Shown here one piece after another: positions 41,445 to 56,089 of a stretch of 64,000 bases of DNA. Position 1 is the stretch's first letter. Every line of letters begins with the position of its first letter. The notes below the pieces were generated by a model, which saw only the letters and a program-made list of their open reading frames with translations, searched no databases and was not told where the DNA came from. The DNA comes from Octopus vulgaris (taxonomy: Eukaryota): contig OX597833.1 of assembly GCA_951406725.2 (NCBI GenBank), positions 46,314,001 through 46,378,000 on the forward strand. The letters are read 5' to 3'. The position numbers and the translations under genes are program-made.

Positions 41445-41804
41445 ACTTCTCAGATCTTTTCGAGTGCGTTCGTGCTTTCATTTCAAACTAGAATTAAAAC
41501 ATTCAGCCGAACCAGTATTTTTTAAAATTCATTTAGCATCATGTTCCACTAATCTATTTCTTGCTCATGCAATCTTTAAATCTTTTTCATTCAAAGAATT
41601 TATAGTGACTTCATTGTTGTCTGTTGAGATAATAAAGTATTCGTTTCGTTTCTCGTTTTGTGTTTTTGCATAGACGCTAGCAATTTGCTGACAGCGGCGG
41701 TTAGTGAGTTATAGTATAGTTTATTATTCAGAAAAAGAATGTAGTCGAAATACTATTCACTCGTTAAGTACAACAAATACCAGCTTATAAAAAAAGACAC
41801 GTAA

Positions 41805-42418
41805 TCGGCGAGCTGGCAGAAACGTTAGCACGCCGGGTGAAATGCTTAGCAGTATTTCGTCTGTCTTTACGTTCTGAGTTCAAATTCTACTGAGGTTGAC
41901 TTTGCCTTTCATCTTTTCGGGGTCGATAAATTAAGTACCAGTTACGCACTGGAGTCGATGTTATCGTCTTAATCCGCTTGTCTGTCCTTGTTTGTTCCCT
42001 CTGTGTTTAGCCCCTTGTGGGCAATAAAGAAATAAGAAACGTCAGCACGCCGGGCGAAATTCTTCGCGGTATTTCGTCTGCCGTTACATTCTGAGTACGA
42101 ATTCTGCCGAGGTCGACTTTGCCTTTCATCCTTTCGGGGTCGATAAATTAAGTATCAATTACGCACTGGGGTCGATATAATCGACTTGATCTGTTTGTCT
42201 GTCCTTGTTTGTCCTCTCTGTGTTTAGCCCCTTGTGGGTAGTAAAGAAATAGGTATTTCGTCTGTCTTTACGTTCTGAGTTCAAATTCTACCGAGGTTGA
42301 CTTTGCCTTTCATCTTTTCGAGGTCGATAATTTAAGTACCAGTTGCGTATTGGGGTCGGTGTAATCCACTGGCCCCCTCACCAAAACTTTCGGGCCTTGT
42401 GCCTGGAGTAGAAAAGAA
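41805..42418 (+). mobile_element. SINE family B trimer
   Basis: Head at about 41805 and three cores. Confidence 0.9.
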
Positions 42419-42471
42419 AAGAATATCATAGCAAGTGAAAATTTTCGAGGGTTAAATGAAAGCTAATGTAT

Positions 42472-42811
42472 TCATAGGATTGCGGTTTCGATTCCCAGAC
42501 CGGGCGTTGTGAGTGTTTATTGAGTGAAAACACCTAAAGTTCCACGAGGCTCCGGCAGGGGATGGTGGCGAACCCTGCTGTACTCTTTCACCACAACTTT
42601 CTCTCACTTTTTCCTCCTGATTCTGTTGTGCCTGTTATTCAAAGGGCCAGCCTTCTCACACTGTGTCACACTGAATATCCCCGAGAACAACGTTAATGGT
42701 ACACGTGTCTGTGGAGTGCTCAGCCACTTGCATGTTAATTTCACGGGCAGGTTGTTCCGTTGATCGGATCAACTGGAACCCTGGTCGTCGTAAGCGACGG
42801 AGTGCCAACAA
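42472..42811 (+). mobile_element. SINE family D, 5' truncated
   Basis: Reverse-complement match to 26786-27135. Confidence 0.88.
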
Positions 42812-42984
42812 ATGTATTTAATATTGTGAATCACCAACAATATTTTAATCAATTAAAATATTTAAAAGAACAGTCATCAATGTTAAGATAATTCATAGTT
42901 AATTGACAAGCGAGGTAGGGAGTGAAAAAAAGAAAGAAAGAAAGAAAGAAAGAAAGATGGAAAGAAAGAAAGAAGGAAAAAGGA

Positions 42985-43016
<32 letters not shown>

Positions 43017-43615
43017 GAGAAAGAAAGAGAGAGAGAAAGAAAGAAAGAAAAAGACAAAGAGAATTTGAAGAGGTTACGCGTGTTTTACAACTGAAGAATG
43101 GAGTGCACTGGGTTTACATTCTTGTAATTCTCTCGCAGCTACGTTCTCCAATATATGTGTGTGAGGATGTTTATGTGTGCATGTGTGTATGTGTGTGCGG
43201 GAGAGAGGAGAGAGAGAGAGAGAGGGAGAGAGAGAGAAACAGACAGACTAACAGAGACAGAGAGAGAGACATCCCTCTGACTCTAATTTCACCTAATCAG
43301 TAACGAATATCTTCCTATGCAATTTGATGTCTACTTTAAAATCTTGGCAGATTCTCTATAGAATCTAGAGAAATGTTAAGGGTTCATTGGCTGAGCAAGC
43401 GGTATAGAATTCTGCAGATTATGCGATTACATACAAACCTTAATGTATGTAATTGGCTATTTTCAGCCAATCAAATCGTTTCCTCTAGATACGTTCGTTT
43501 GACTTAAAAAGCGTCAATTAATGTCTTGTAAAATTCATTCAACAGTAGAGATCATCGCAGCAGCCGGATGACCCCACGTATCCCGGACTAGGACTATCTG
43601 TCTGTGTCTCTTTCC

Positions 43616-44134
<519 letters not shown>

Positions 44135-44254
44135 TATCTATCTTTGTCTCTTTCTTTTTTTCTCTTTCGTTCACTCCCATCATGCTGTCACACATCAGGT
44201 TGAGCGGTGAAAGATTGCAAGTTAGTTTATATTGCCTGAGAAATATCGTCTGTT

Positions 44255-44705
44255 CTTTTATTCTGTTACTTGTTTCAGCCATTAGGCTGCGGCCATGCTG
44301 CAGCACAACTTTGAAGAATTTTATTCGAACGAATCAACTCCAGTACTTATTTTTAAGTCTGGTACTTATTCTATTGGTTACGGGGACGTAAACACACCAA
44401 CACCGGTTGTAAAGCGGTGGTGAAGGACAAACTCAGGTACAAAGATATATACATACATACATACATACATACATACATACATACATACATACATACATAC
44501 ATACATACATAACATACATACATACATGTGAGTGTGCGTGTGTGCGTGTGTGTATGTGCGTGTGTGGCTGTGTAGTAAGAAGTTTGCTTACCAGCCACAG
44601 GGTCCCGGATTCAGTCCCACCGTTGTGGCACCTTGGGCAACTGTCTTCTACTATAGTTTTGGGCTGACGAAAGCTTTGTCAATGGATTTCGGAGACGGAA
44701 ACAGA
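44255..44705. mobile_element. SINE family A fragments in opposite orientations
   Basis: Tail on - (44255-44440) and head on + (44563-44705). Confidence 0.75.
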
Positions 44706-45092
44706 AGGAGCCCACCATTTAGATAAATTCTAACAGTATAACCAGAATTTAGATAAATTCTCGCACTTTAATGTTCTTAACAATCAAACCAACCTCTCTG
44801 TCTGTATATCTACCCTCTTTATAATGTTAGCAATTATCATGGAAATAAGTATATGTATTGATGGAAAACCTCTATGAATGGCTGAAGATTGCTCAACATT
44901 TTAAAACTGATGTAATACTTACAATGTTTAATAAAATGATGTAGCGTGAAACGATCGTACCAAATTTCCGAAGATATTCTTGTTGCTTACTTTGATTATA
45001 ATCACCCCATGGATTTATATGGATAACACCGTACAAAATTCTGGTGCATCTGACTTGAGTACCATATTCATTTGAATCTAAACTTTGCTGAA

Positions 45093-45165
<73 letters not shown>

Positions 45166-45650
45166 TACGGGCACATAAGATGCCTGCCTACCTGCTAGAA
45201 AGAAGAGTTCAAACCCTCAGCTAAACCACCAGTAACACTGATAAAATTCAACTGAAAGCAACAGTAATCGGGCGAACAGATTAAGAATTTAGACATACCA
45301 TCATAGCTAAATCCTATATAGTTTGGCATTTGGATACACTTGTGTCATGATTTCGAGTCCTGGCGGAAAAACATTAAATCTTCTCGGTAATAGTTTACCA
45401 AGTGAAAAAATCCAACTCGTCACGTTCAAGTCTGCCAACGTTCTGAATTGCTTTGCGCCATAATCTTGCTCGTAGACGCTTCGTGTGCCCTTACGATAAA
45501 TATTAATTTTAATTTTGTAGCTATCTAACGCTATTTAAAGCCTGCAATTACCTATAATATTGTTGTTATTACCAATTACCACGGATAATAATAACAATAA
45601 TAATATCTATATAAATATTTGCATTTGAATATTTACTCCTTATTAATATA

Positions 45651-46021
45651 CAAGGTAATTCAAATGTCTCCATACATAGGAAAGATTTATTTTTTTTATA
45701 GGAATCAGTTTATAAAATCCCCTGATCTGCCCCCCCCCCCCTTGATTTCTAATTTAAGGGGCATTTGAAAGGTATGGTTTATCGCGGAAAGATAAAAAAA
45801 CATAAATTATTTGAAGGAATGCATCACCAACTCCTTTGCATACGTATCACCAGATGTACTATTACGAGTTGACAATGACTGGGATAAACGTACTGCAATG
45901 TCTATTCAAACCAGCGGTAACCATATAGAGCCTGCTAAATAAAAGAAAACCCTTTTCTTATAAACTGTTTCTTATAAAAAGATAAATTGTTCCTATGTAT
46001 GGCGACTTTTGAATCACCCTG
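45651..46021 (+). mobile_element. Tc1/mariner internal-deletion derivative
   Basis: TA|CAAGGTAATTCAAATGTCTCCATACATAGGAA...TTCCTATGTATGGCGACTTTTGAATCACCCTG|TA; residual SPDL..LDF...GHLKGMVY motif. Confidence 0.82.
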
Positions 46022-46820
46022 TATTTACCCTGAAGCTGTTCAGAACGAGGTGTTCCAGTATGGTCGTGGTCCAATGAATGAAGCCAGTAAAAGAATAAAT
46101 GATAATCGAAAACATGTCTAAAACTAAGCCTGAACCTCAGCTGCCACAAATTAAATCTGTTTCTCTTTGAACCGACTTTCCTCAGAGACTTAAAAGAAAA
46201 AAAGAAGACAATTTTTTTTTTAAGTAAGTGTTTTTGATGCTTCTATTGCAAATATAAATTAAAGCATTCTGCCAAACCTGGATTTTAACTTATTTTAGCA
46301 TCAACATCAACTAATTCTTTTCTCACTGCAGTCTTTCAATTTTTTCAAAGAAATTTTTACATTTGTGATGACTTTCATTATCGTCTCTTGAGAAAGTGTG
46401 TAGGTTTCGTATTTCATTTTTCGTTTTTTCGTTTTTCGTTTTTTTTGCATAGATGTTAGTAATTCGCTGACATTGGTAGTGAATTTTCATTGTGTAATGT
46501 ATTCTTTAGAGAGGATGTAGACAAAATATTCGAATTTAGAAACATTTATTTCTAAAACAGAGGGAATTGACTGTCTGGTAAATTATCAATTATATTCAGT
46601 CTCCTTTTGTTATTTTTACACATAGATGTGTTTTGTTAATACAGAACAAAAATAAAAGAACAAGCAGGAAACAGGCCGGCAATAACTATTTATAAAACAG
46701 TTTAAATATGTTGTCTGAGAGTCTGGGGTTGAGAAAACATTTGCTTTTTCTTTTTGCATGATGGAGATGGAAGTCTCGATATTTTTTTTCACATTTATAA
46801 AATGATGTTGAAATTCTTTT

Positions 46821-46879
<59 letters not shown>

Positions 46880-47229
46880 TTTGTGTGTGTGTGTATGAAT
46901 GTATGTATGTATATATGTATGTATGAGAATGTGTCTCAGCATGTCTACAGTCTATGAAGCAGTCTATAAGACCTCCATAAAAATAAACGTTTACATTACT
47001 TTTAGAGTGCATTCCATAAAGCTCTTGTTGTTGTTGTTGTTGTTGTTAGTGGTGGTGGTGGTGGTGGTGCTGCTGCTGCTGCTGCTGCTGCTACTTCGAC
47101 TGTTCTTGCTATTAACGCTGTTGTTATTTTATAGATTTATAAATAATTTGTGTATTTTGTGAGTTTGGATAAGTTCGTATGAGGTGGAAGGAGTCGAGGA
47201 ATTTGAAGTACCGTAGCCTGCTCCTTCAC

Positions 47230-47286
47230 CTGAGAGAGATGGGGGAGGGAGATAAATTAGAATTCATCTGGATCTGTTTTACTTAC
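47230..47286 (-). other. Candidate 57-nt intron
   Basis: gtaagt...ttctaat (branch-like)...ctccctcccccatctctctcag; next exon would begin at 47229. Confidence 0.5.
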
Positions 47287-47409
47287 TTGCCGGTTCCCTG
47301 CGGTACAGGCAGGGCCTTGGGGACGACTCCCACCTGTCTATGACTTCCATGTGTTTTAACACCCAGTGCTGTGAAGGAATCGTACCCAAGGCCCTGCACC
47401 ACTGCGAAC
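47287..47409 (-). CDS. Candidate 123-nt exon of an unknown gene
   Basis: Acceptor ttttccttgttcacag, donor gtaagt, GC-rich. Two frames open: FAVVQGLGYDSFTALGVKTHGSHRQVGVVPKALPVPQGTG or SQWCRALGTIPSQHWVLKHMEVIDRWESSPRPCLYRREPA. Coding status unproven. Confidence 0.5.
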
Positions 47410-47434
47410 CTGTGAACAAGGAAAATGTATGCAT

Positions 47435-47945
47435 TGAGTATGTGCGGTCGATAGTGTTTACAACACTAGCGCTGCTTTTAATTCATATTTGAATTTATTC
47501 TTACGTAAGCAGCAGCATCGTGGCACACCAGTAAATGGTTTGTAAGCTATTTTCATGTAGTCATAGACTGGTGATTTAATTCGCCTTCAGTTCAATTCAG
47601 GTATGTGAGTATGTGTTAGTATGTGTGGTTGATAATGTTTACAACATTGGCGCTGCTTCTAATTTATAATTGAATCTAATCCTACATATGCATCATTGCG
47701 CCATGCCAGCAAATGGTTCTTACGTTATCTATATAAATATAGTCATAGACTGGCGATTCAGTTCAGCCTCAGTTCAATTCAGGTTTGTGAGTATGTGTTA
47801 GTATGTGTGGTCGATAACGTTTACAACAATAGCTCTGCTTCAAATTCATAACCAGATTTAATCCTACATGTGTATCACTATGGTATACCAGCAAATGGTT
47901 TTTTACACTATCTATATATATAGTCTTAGAATGGCGATTCAGTTT
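47435..47945 (+). repeat. Diverged tandem repeat, about 170-180 bp x3
   Basis: Units start TGAGTATGTG at 47435, 47606 and 47788; share TTTACAACA..GC.CTGCTT and TAGTC.TAGA.TGG.GATT. Confidence 0.9.
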
Positions 47946-48518
47946 ACCCCCACTCGGCTAACCACCTCTCCTGAAATTGCAAACCTTGTCCCAAAATTTG
48001 AAAGGATTAATTGAACGTCGAGTTTTGTACACGTTTAATCCTGCTATCGAAATCAATTAAAGACCGAATCGTAAGGGTAACGAACAACCATATATCTGAA
48101 TGATAAGAAGTAGCAATAGACTCAGCTGCATGGTTTTCGATGCTATATCACCGGTCTCTAGCCAAGGTTAAAATACAGTCTCCAACAGTTTCACATAGCC
48201 GTCTCAATTGATTCCCACATCTTGTTCAAAGATGTGGGAATCAACACCGGCGTGCAGACGCAGTCTGAATGCTCTCTGTGTCCATGTCACTCTTACAGCA
48301 TTTACAGTGTTCAGGAGGCATTCAGCAGCAGTCATATTATGCGGCGTGAATCATCATGATAAAGGCAACTCTTTACCAAAATTCAGACGACTTCTAGTCC
48401 TGCATGTCAGCCAACTGTTTCTCAACTACCACTTTAATCTTTATGTTCTCCAATACATCAAGCTGCTCTTGAAAAAAAGAAACTCAAAAGACGTCGAATT
48501 TAGCTTGAATATACTGTA

Positions 48519-48881
48519 TCTCTCTATATATAAACGGCAAAATGTCTGTGTGTGTATCCTATATAAAAATCCACAATTTTTCAGTTAGAGGGCTCGCACT
48601 TTCTATGGGCATTTAAAACCGTCCAAGGGTGGTCGTGCACATCTTTACATTTCTCCAAAACCCCGCAAAGCCATTAAAAAATCAATAGAAGTGACTTTTT
48701 TGTGAATTTTCTATCCAAAACCCAATCAAAATGCCCAAAACTTGATATGCCAATTGAATGCCAGCTAGCTGTATATGATTGGTCGGAGATTTGGACAGTA
48801 CTCGCGTGTATGTGCGCTCGCACGCAGCTGTATGTGCATGCACTAGCATTATGACCTGGCGTTGCCGGGTCATAGTGCTAG
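48519..48881 (+). mobile_element. Non-autonomous Helitron, second family
   Basis: A|TCTCTCTATATATAAA start; hairpin TATGACCTGGCGTTGCCGGGTCATAG; CTAG|T end. Confidence 0.85.
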
Positions 48882-49902
48882 TATATAATATAACATGAAT
48901 ACTGAACATATAGTTTATATATGATCAAAGTAATCGCACTTCTCAGAGGTGTTCCTTGCTGGATATAATACATTGGAATGAGGTACCTCAGCAACTACTC
49001 CTAAAATGCTTAACAACCACTAGAAGGGAAAATACAAGTAGGTGCTTGTGGATGTGGCATAATGAAGGAGATCTTTATGTTTATCTTATGAAATTCGGGC
49101 ATGTTACTAGCGTTAGTTCCCGTTCCAATCACGGTTTTCTTTTAAGACAATTTACTTTCACATTTTTTACGATCGTAAACATTCGGCTGCACGTTAATCA
49201 GAATCGATTAAAAACATAACGATCATTATTAAAAGTCTCGAGTAAGCTTGAAATACCGCTCTAGAACATCTAGGTTATGGAAATAAGGGGTTATTTATAA
49301 ATCTGATGAACTTAAGAAAACCTGAACTTATTGTCATCGTATTCAAGGACTCACGTATATTGAAATGTTCCCACGGAACAAAGAAATTGTCCTTTTCATG
49401 TTTCTTTGAAATTAACATATATTAAATGATTCTTTATCTTCTCTTTGATAGAGCGCTGCAAGCAATTATAGCGAAGATTCCTTTGTTAACATCGTTAACG
49501 ACAGCAGAAACGTGTCTTCCTTCCCGATTGCTTTCTCTCTTGTCGTCTTTATTGTTGTGTTGCTTTCTTTCTAGAGTAGTCCCTTGACTATCGCGGGTAT
49601 TACGTTCCAAAACCTCCCGTGATAGGTGAAAATCCACGAAATAGAAACAGTACTGTAGTGTATATATTTTTTTATCATTTTTACAATTTGTATATTTTTA
49701 TTCTATTATAAATGCAAAACAACACCACACACTCGCCTCCCGAATTTCATTTTCCAAACAGTATGTGTGATTGTTTGCTAATCTACGGTACACTACATAT
49801 TTTCTTTTAATATTCTCATTTTCTCCCTCTTTCTCTCTCTCTCTCACGCACTCACACACACACGCGCACATGCACAGACACAGGACACATACACACACAC
49901 AA

Positions 49903-49986
<84 letters not shown>

Positions 49987-50046
49987 GTTTTATCTCTAAT
50001 TTAATATAATATAATATTTTGTTATAAAATTGGATTCAATCCTAAA

Positions 50047-50087
<41 letters not shown>

Positions 50088-50093
<6 letters not shown>

Positions 50094-50290
50094 GAAATGA
50101 GGTACTCAGAAAATCGGATGGTTTATATTTACAGTAATTTATTTGTATATTACATTTTTTATACATCATATAACTTAGATCATGTATTAGCGCTTTCTCC
50201 CATTCTAGTGGGGTTTTCAAATCAAACTAAGTTCCTGTGTGAGGAATTTTGACCATTTTATAGTGGTATTGAGTTTGTAGTGGTGGGGAG
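50088..50290 (-). mobile_element. TA-embedded repeat with degenerate hammerhead-like motif (50186-50223)
   Basis: - strand: gau-UUGAAAA-cccca-cuagaa-uggga-GAAA-gcgc-UA/aua; inverted homologue at 59951-60092. Confidence 0.4.
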
Positions 50291-50384
50291 GATATATATA
50301 TATATATATATATATGCAGGGTTGAACAAAATAATTGAAGCACCTTAAAATTTCAAACAAATTAATTTTAATATGAGGTACCAC

Positions 50385-51130
50385 GGCTTTTAACACCTGA
50401 TCAAAAGCGCACCAGGCTGATCACTTCAGAGGCAAATCTGACGCAGATCTAACTGGTTTCCTTGAGCATTTTCTAAAGCAGGATAAGTGTTGGGTTCATT
50501 ACTTTGAACCAGAGAGAAATAGGCAATCCATGCAGAAGAAACGCCCCTCCTCACCTGCTCCAAAGAAGTCCAAGGTTGTTTCATCTGCTGAGAAGGTGAT
50601 GGGCTCGATCTTTTGGGATGCAAAAGGCATTGGGTTTATTAAGTATCTTCAAAAGGAACATACTATCAATGGAGAGTACTATGCCAACATGCCGAGGCAG
50701 TTACGAAAAGCTACCAAGTCCAAATGCCCAGGGAACCTGATGTAAAGGGTCCCTGTGTCATCAGGACAAGCTCCAGTACACAAGTCCTTCGTTTCAATGA
50801 CTGCTGTACGTGACTGTGGCTTTGAACTGGTTGATTACTCTCCCCATTTTCCTGTTTTGGCTCCATCTGACTACAATATATTCTCCCAAAATTTAAAAAA
50901 AAAAACGCTCGGTTGGAAAACAGTAGCGCACTGATGATGATCTCATATCTGCTGTTAATAACTTTTTTGCGGAACAGGATGAAAGCTTCTTCACCGATGG
51001 GATCAAAGCATGCAACACCGATGGAAGAAGCGTATGGACTACCAGGGGTTTATGCTTAAAAATAAACCTCATTTGATCACATTCCATGATGGTCTCTTAG
51101 TCAGCCTATGAACTCTTCAGCGGACCCTCG
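50385..51130 (+). pseudogene. Mariner transposase 3' relic with right TIR
   Basis: LTPDQKRTR, KVMGSIFWDAKGI, TINGEYYAN, HQD and LAPSDY motifs with stops and frameshifts; ends TTCAGCGGACCCTCG|TA. Confidence 0.9.
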
Positions 51131-51529
51131 TATGTTCTTTGAGACCGATGTAAAGTAGGATAAATCGACTGAAGTTGAGGTTTATTTTTCGCAATAATTT
51201 CTTTTAAAATAAACCGATGTAAAATGGAAAAAGACGTAACTGAACACAGCATAAGTTGAGTATACCTATATATGTGTGTATTTGTATTTGTATACCCCCC
51301 CCACACACATGTATGTATGTATGTATGTATGTATGTATGTATGTATGTATGTATGTATGTATGTATGTATGCATGCACGTATGTATGCATGCACGTATGT
51401 ATACGTGCATAATATATAATATAATCCTATGTTTGTATGTATGTATGTATGTATGCATGCATGTATGTATGCATGCATGTATGTATGCATGCATGTATGT
51501 ATGCGTACATAATATATAATATAATCCTA

Positions 51530-52145
51530 TCTACTACAGGCATAAGGCCTGAGAATTTTTAAAGACGGAGTACCAGTCGATTATATGGACATCTGTGCTC
51601 GACTGGTACTTCTTTTATCGATCCCGAAAGGATGAAAGGCAAAGTCGACCTCGGCGGAATTTGAAGTCAGAACGTAACGGCAGATGAAATACCTATTTCT
51701 TTACTACCCACAAGGGGCTAAACACAGAGAGGACAAACAAGGACAGACAAACGGATTAAGTCGATTATATCGACCCCAGCGCGTTGCTGGTACTTAATTT
51801 ATAGACCCCGAAAAGACGAAAGGCAAAGTCGACCTCGGTGGAATTTGAACTCGAAACGTAACGGCAGATAAAATACCGCTAAGCAATTTTCCCGGCGTGC
51901 TAACGATTCTGCCAGCTCCGCTTTATAATATAATCTTTTCTACTCTAGGCACAAGGCCCGAAATTTGGGGGAGGAGACCAGTCGATTAAATCGACCTTAG
52001 TACGCAGCTGGTACTTAATTTATCAACCCCGAAAGGATGAAAGGCAAAGTCAACCTCGGCGGAATTTGAACTCAGAACGTAAAAACAGACGAAATGCCAC
52101 TAAGCAGTAAACCCGGCGTGCAAACAATTCTGTCAGCTCCGCCTT
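51530..52145 (-). mobile_element. SINE family B cluster
   Basis: Three cores, two heads. Confidence 0.88.
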
Positions 52146-52726
52146 ATAATATAATGCAAGATTGCTAGATTCCACCAAACAAATCTTCAAAGAAGTACTA
52201 TTATTTAATAATTACAAACTCTAATGGTTGCTAGAGCGTGAAGGTGAACGAACTTACACTAGACTAGTCAGGTGAGAGAATTAGATTGAGAGTAAAGTAA
52301 CCGGTGAAAAGATTGCACTGGTTAGTTTCAGTTATTAAATGCAGGACTAGCTCGGCATTCGTTATAACAACAAGTCCCTTGTGATCCTACAAAGGAGCGT
52401 TGTGATGCAACAAAGTTGCTCGATCAGTAAGAAATAGGACCTAAGTAACCTTTATATCATACACTATCGCCTTGAAAGAAAGGAAGGCACTTTGAATAAT
52501 ATAGTCTTAGCTATATTATGTACACCTGAAAAATAGATAGACCTTTTTCATTTTCAGAGCAAACCTAGGGCTATACAACACAAGAGAGAAGGAGTCTCTA
52601 CATGGTTTTTCGACCTACAAGAAACAGCAGTCAAATTTCCCTGAAATCCCACCCTACTTTCTTTAAAAAGTTCTATTTATGAAAATGAAGATGAGTTCGT
52701 TCATAACAATATTTATTTTATTCTTT

Positions 52727-52877
52727 TATTCTTTTATTTCTTTCAGTCATTTGACTGCGGCCATGCTGGAGCACCGCCTTATGTCGAAGAAATCGACTCC
52801 AGGTTTTATTCCTTGCAAGCCTAGTACTTATTCTATCGGATCTCTTTTGCCGAACCGCTAGGTTACGGGGACATCAG

Positions 52878-52921
<44 letters not shown>

Positions 52922-53302
52922 GACGGGCTTCTTTCAGTTTCTGTCTACCAAATCCACTCACAAGGCTTTGGTCGATCTGAGGCTATAGTAGAAGACACTT
53001 GCCCAAGGTGCCATGTGGTTGGTAAGCAAGCTACTTACCACACAGTCACTCCTGCGCCTATGTACAATGTCTTTCTTTCATGTTTTATATTATTCTAATT
53101 TCAGTCATTAGACTGCAGCCATGCTGGGGTATGGTTTGAAGGGTTTTAGTCAAACGAATGAACCCCAGGACTTACTTCTTTTTCAAAAGCCTGGTACTTA
53201 CTGCATCGGTTTTGTCTATTGCAAACCGCTAAATTACTGGGACATAAACAAACCAAGAGCGGTTGTTACGCGCTGATGGGAGACTAATCACAAAGACACA
53301 CG

Positions 53303-53343
<41 letters not shown>

Positions 53344-53503
53344 TTGACAGGCTTCTTTCAATTTCCGTCTAAGAAATCTGTTCACAAGGCATTGGCTGCT
53401 CCCAGGGCTATAGTTGAAGACATTTGCCCACGACGTCACGCGGTGGAACTGAACCCGGAACCCTGTGTTTGGAAAGTAAACTTCTTACCACGTAGCCACT
53501 CCA
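52727..53503 (-). mobile_element. Two tandem SINE family A copies
   Basis: 52727-53059 and a more diverged copy at 53095-53503. Confidence 0.85.
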
Positions 53504-53842
53504 GCATTTCTAAGTCTCCTCAATTCCTGCTGCATTTATTTTATTTAATTTTATTTATTTATTTCTCTTTGTCTGCAAGGGAAATTTGATTCCAAAAACT
53601 GTTCATGAAATCATGTCACGAAATATAATTTTTTTTTATCATTCCTGATTTCTTGGCATAACTTGAAATTTTTGCGTGTATCTTTTGTCTTTAGTCTTTA
53701 GGAGTCGACTCCTTTCTCCAAGACAAAAAAAAAGTGGGGTCAACAAACTTACGATCTTGTCTTTAAAATAATATTTCTGTTTTCTTCTCAAAAACGGAAT
53801 GAAGGAAGTACCAATAAAAACCAATTCAGTATGTTGTAGTAA

Positions 53843-53878
<36 letters not shown>

Positions 53879-53893
53879 ACGCAGTTGATGGTG

Positions 53894-53939
<46 letters not shown>

Positions 53940-55895
53940 AGTAGTAGTTGGTGGTGGTGGTGGGGAGGAGGTGGTGATGGTTTGTGGATAGTAGTAGTAG
54001 TAGTAGTAGTAGTAGCAGCAGCAGCAACAGTAGTGAGGGTGCTGATGATGCTAGTGATGGTGACGGTGGTGGTGGTGGTGGTGGTGGTGGTAGTCGTAGT
54101 AGTGATGATTTGAATTTAAAATTGAGAAAGCGAGTGAGAAAGAGAGAGAGAGAGAGAAAGAGAGGGGAGAAGAGGAGAGGGGGGAGAGAGAGAGAGGGGG
54201 TAACGAAGAGCGTTACATAGTTATTTAGTATCACATTCTAAGTGACTGAGTTACTATAACCTGTTCCAAGCACAGAAGAATTACGAGCATGCGAGGGAGG
54301 CTCTACTTGACTGAGCAGAAATTGCTAGCATGTGGTGGTGGTGGTGGTGGTGGGTATCTACCCGAATGAGCTGCTCTGTAAGCACAGCAACCTCTAACTG
54401 ACAGAACGACTCAGTTAGCGGAGAGCCTCTGCCTGGCCGTGCAGCTGAATGGCCGATCTAGTGGAGACGAGGCTCTGCCTGGCCGAGGTAACAATGGAGC
54501 TTCTACGTCTTGGACCAGCCAGATAGAAATAGCAGATAAATGTTCCTCAAATTACACTCTCGTGTCTTAAGAACATTATCTTTTGTTTTCTTCGTGTTAC
54601 AGCACCGTTTTGAAGAATTTTTAGTCAAACAATACGACCCCAGTACTAATGTTTTTTTTTAAAGATTCGTACTTATTCTATCAGTCCCCGTTGCTAAACC
54701 ACCTGGACAAAATGTTTAGCGCTATTTCCTCCGTCTTTAAGATCTGAGTTCAGATTTTGCCGAAGTCTTTAAAATTAGTTTGTACAATTAATATCATCGG
54801 TTCAATTCTCTGCTGAATATCACGTATAAAAAAAAATTTCTTCAAGTCAAAGTCTTTATTATTAATGGTCTTCTCCACAATTGTTTTACGAGTGTTCCGT
54901 CTGCTAAAATCAACCATTTATTAATTATATAAACAATTAAGAGAAAACCATTGTATTGTTTCAGTTTCATTTTTTTTATTTTCTTATTAGCCATTTTGTA
55001 TACCTAAACCGAAAGATCATCCAACTTTAATTATTATACTTCTGCTGCTGATCAAGGATGAATTTGAGATTAAAAGGAAGTCTTCTTTATCTGTTATCTT
55101 CCAAGCGAGCTTCATAACCACCCAACCATGCCTCTCGCCACTTTTTAGATTTTATTGTTGATTCTTAAAATAACTGACGGTATGGTATTCTAAGTCAATA
55201 ACTGACAGCATTGTATCCTAATGACAAAGCAATAAGAGCAAGGTCTCTGCGGGCACTCGATCTGCTTAAAATAATCTGTAACCAAAATTCCCTTGCGGTC
55301 TTAAGAAGAAAAAAATGCGGGGAATGAGGAGGAGGCACATATTAGATAATATAATCTTAGATACATATGGTCTACCAAAAGAATTGTAAGGGGAATATGT
55401 CACAGCTTGAATACCATTGTTCATAGAACTGCTTGATTAAACTGACCTCGGCTGAAAAACGGAAACAGCAGCAAGGGCAGCAGGAGTAGTAAACTCAGTT
55501 AAGCGGAAAAAAGCTCCCATGTTCCACAGTTTAAAGTCAATTCCATAAATACCTGACCGAACAAGTTATTCTTAGTTAAGGTTAATCAAAAAATAACTCG
55601 GTCTCTATTAATACTTCTTTGGTGACAATTACAAATTGCTGTTTAGTATATACAATTACAAATTTGTGTTCGGTATTTGGTGCAGTAATGATGATAACGA
55701 TAATGATATTATTGTACGTGGCGGTAAAATTTGTTATAGTGATGGTGGTGGTGGTGAGAGTGGTAGATGGTAACAATGTACGAATGTGATTCAGTGGGTG
55801 TAGGTTTCGTGATCAGCTAAGCATAACGCAGATGGTATGCAACTTCAGTGCTCTAAACTCTCTGAAGTGTCATCGTATCAAATTTGTGTCTATCA

Positions 55896-56033
<138 letters not shown>

Positions 56034-56089
56034 CTCGCATATATAGTATGTATATGTATATGTATATGTATGTATATATATATACATAC

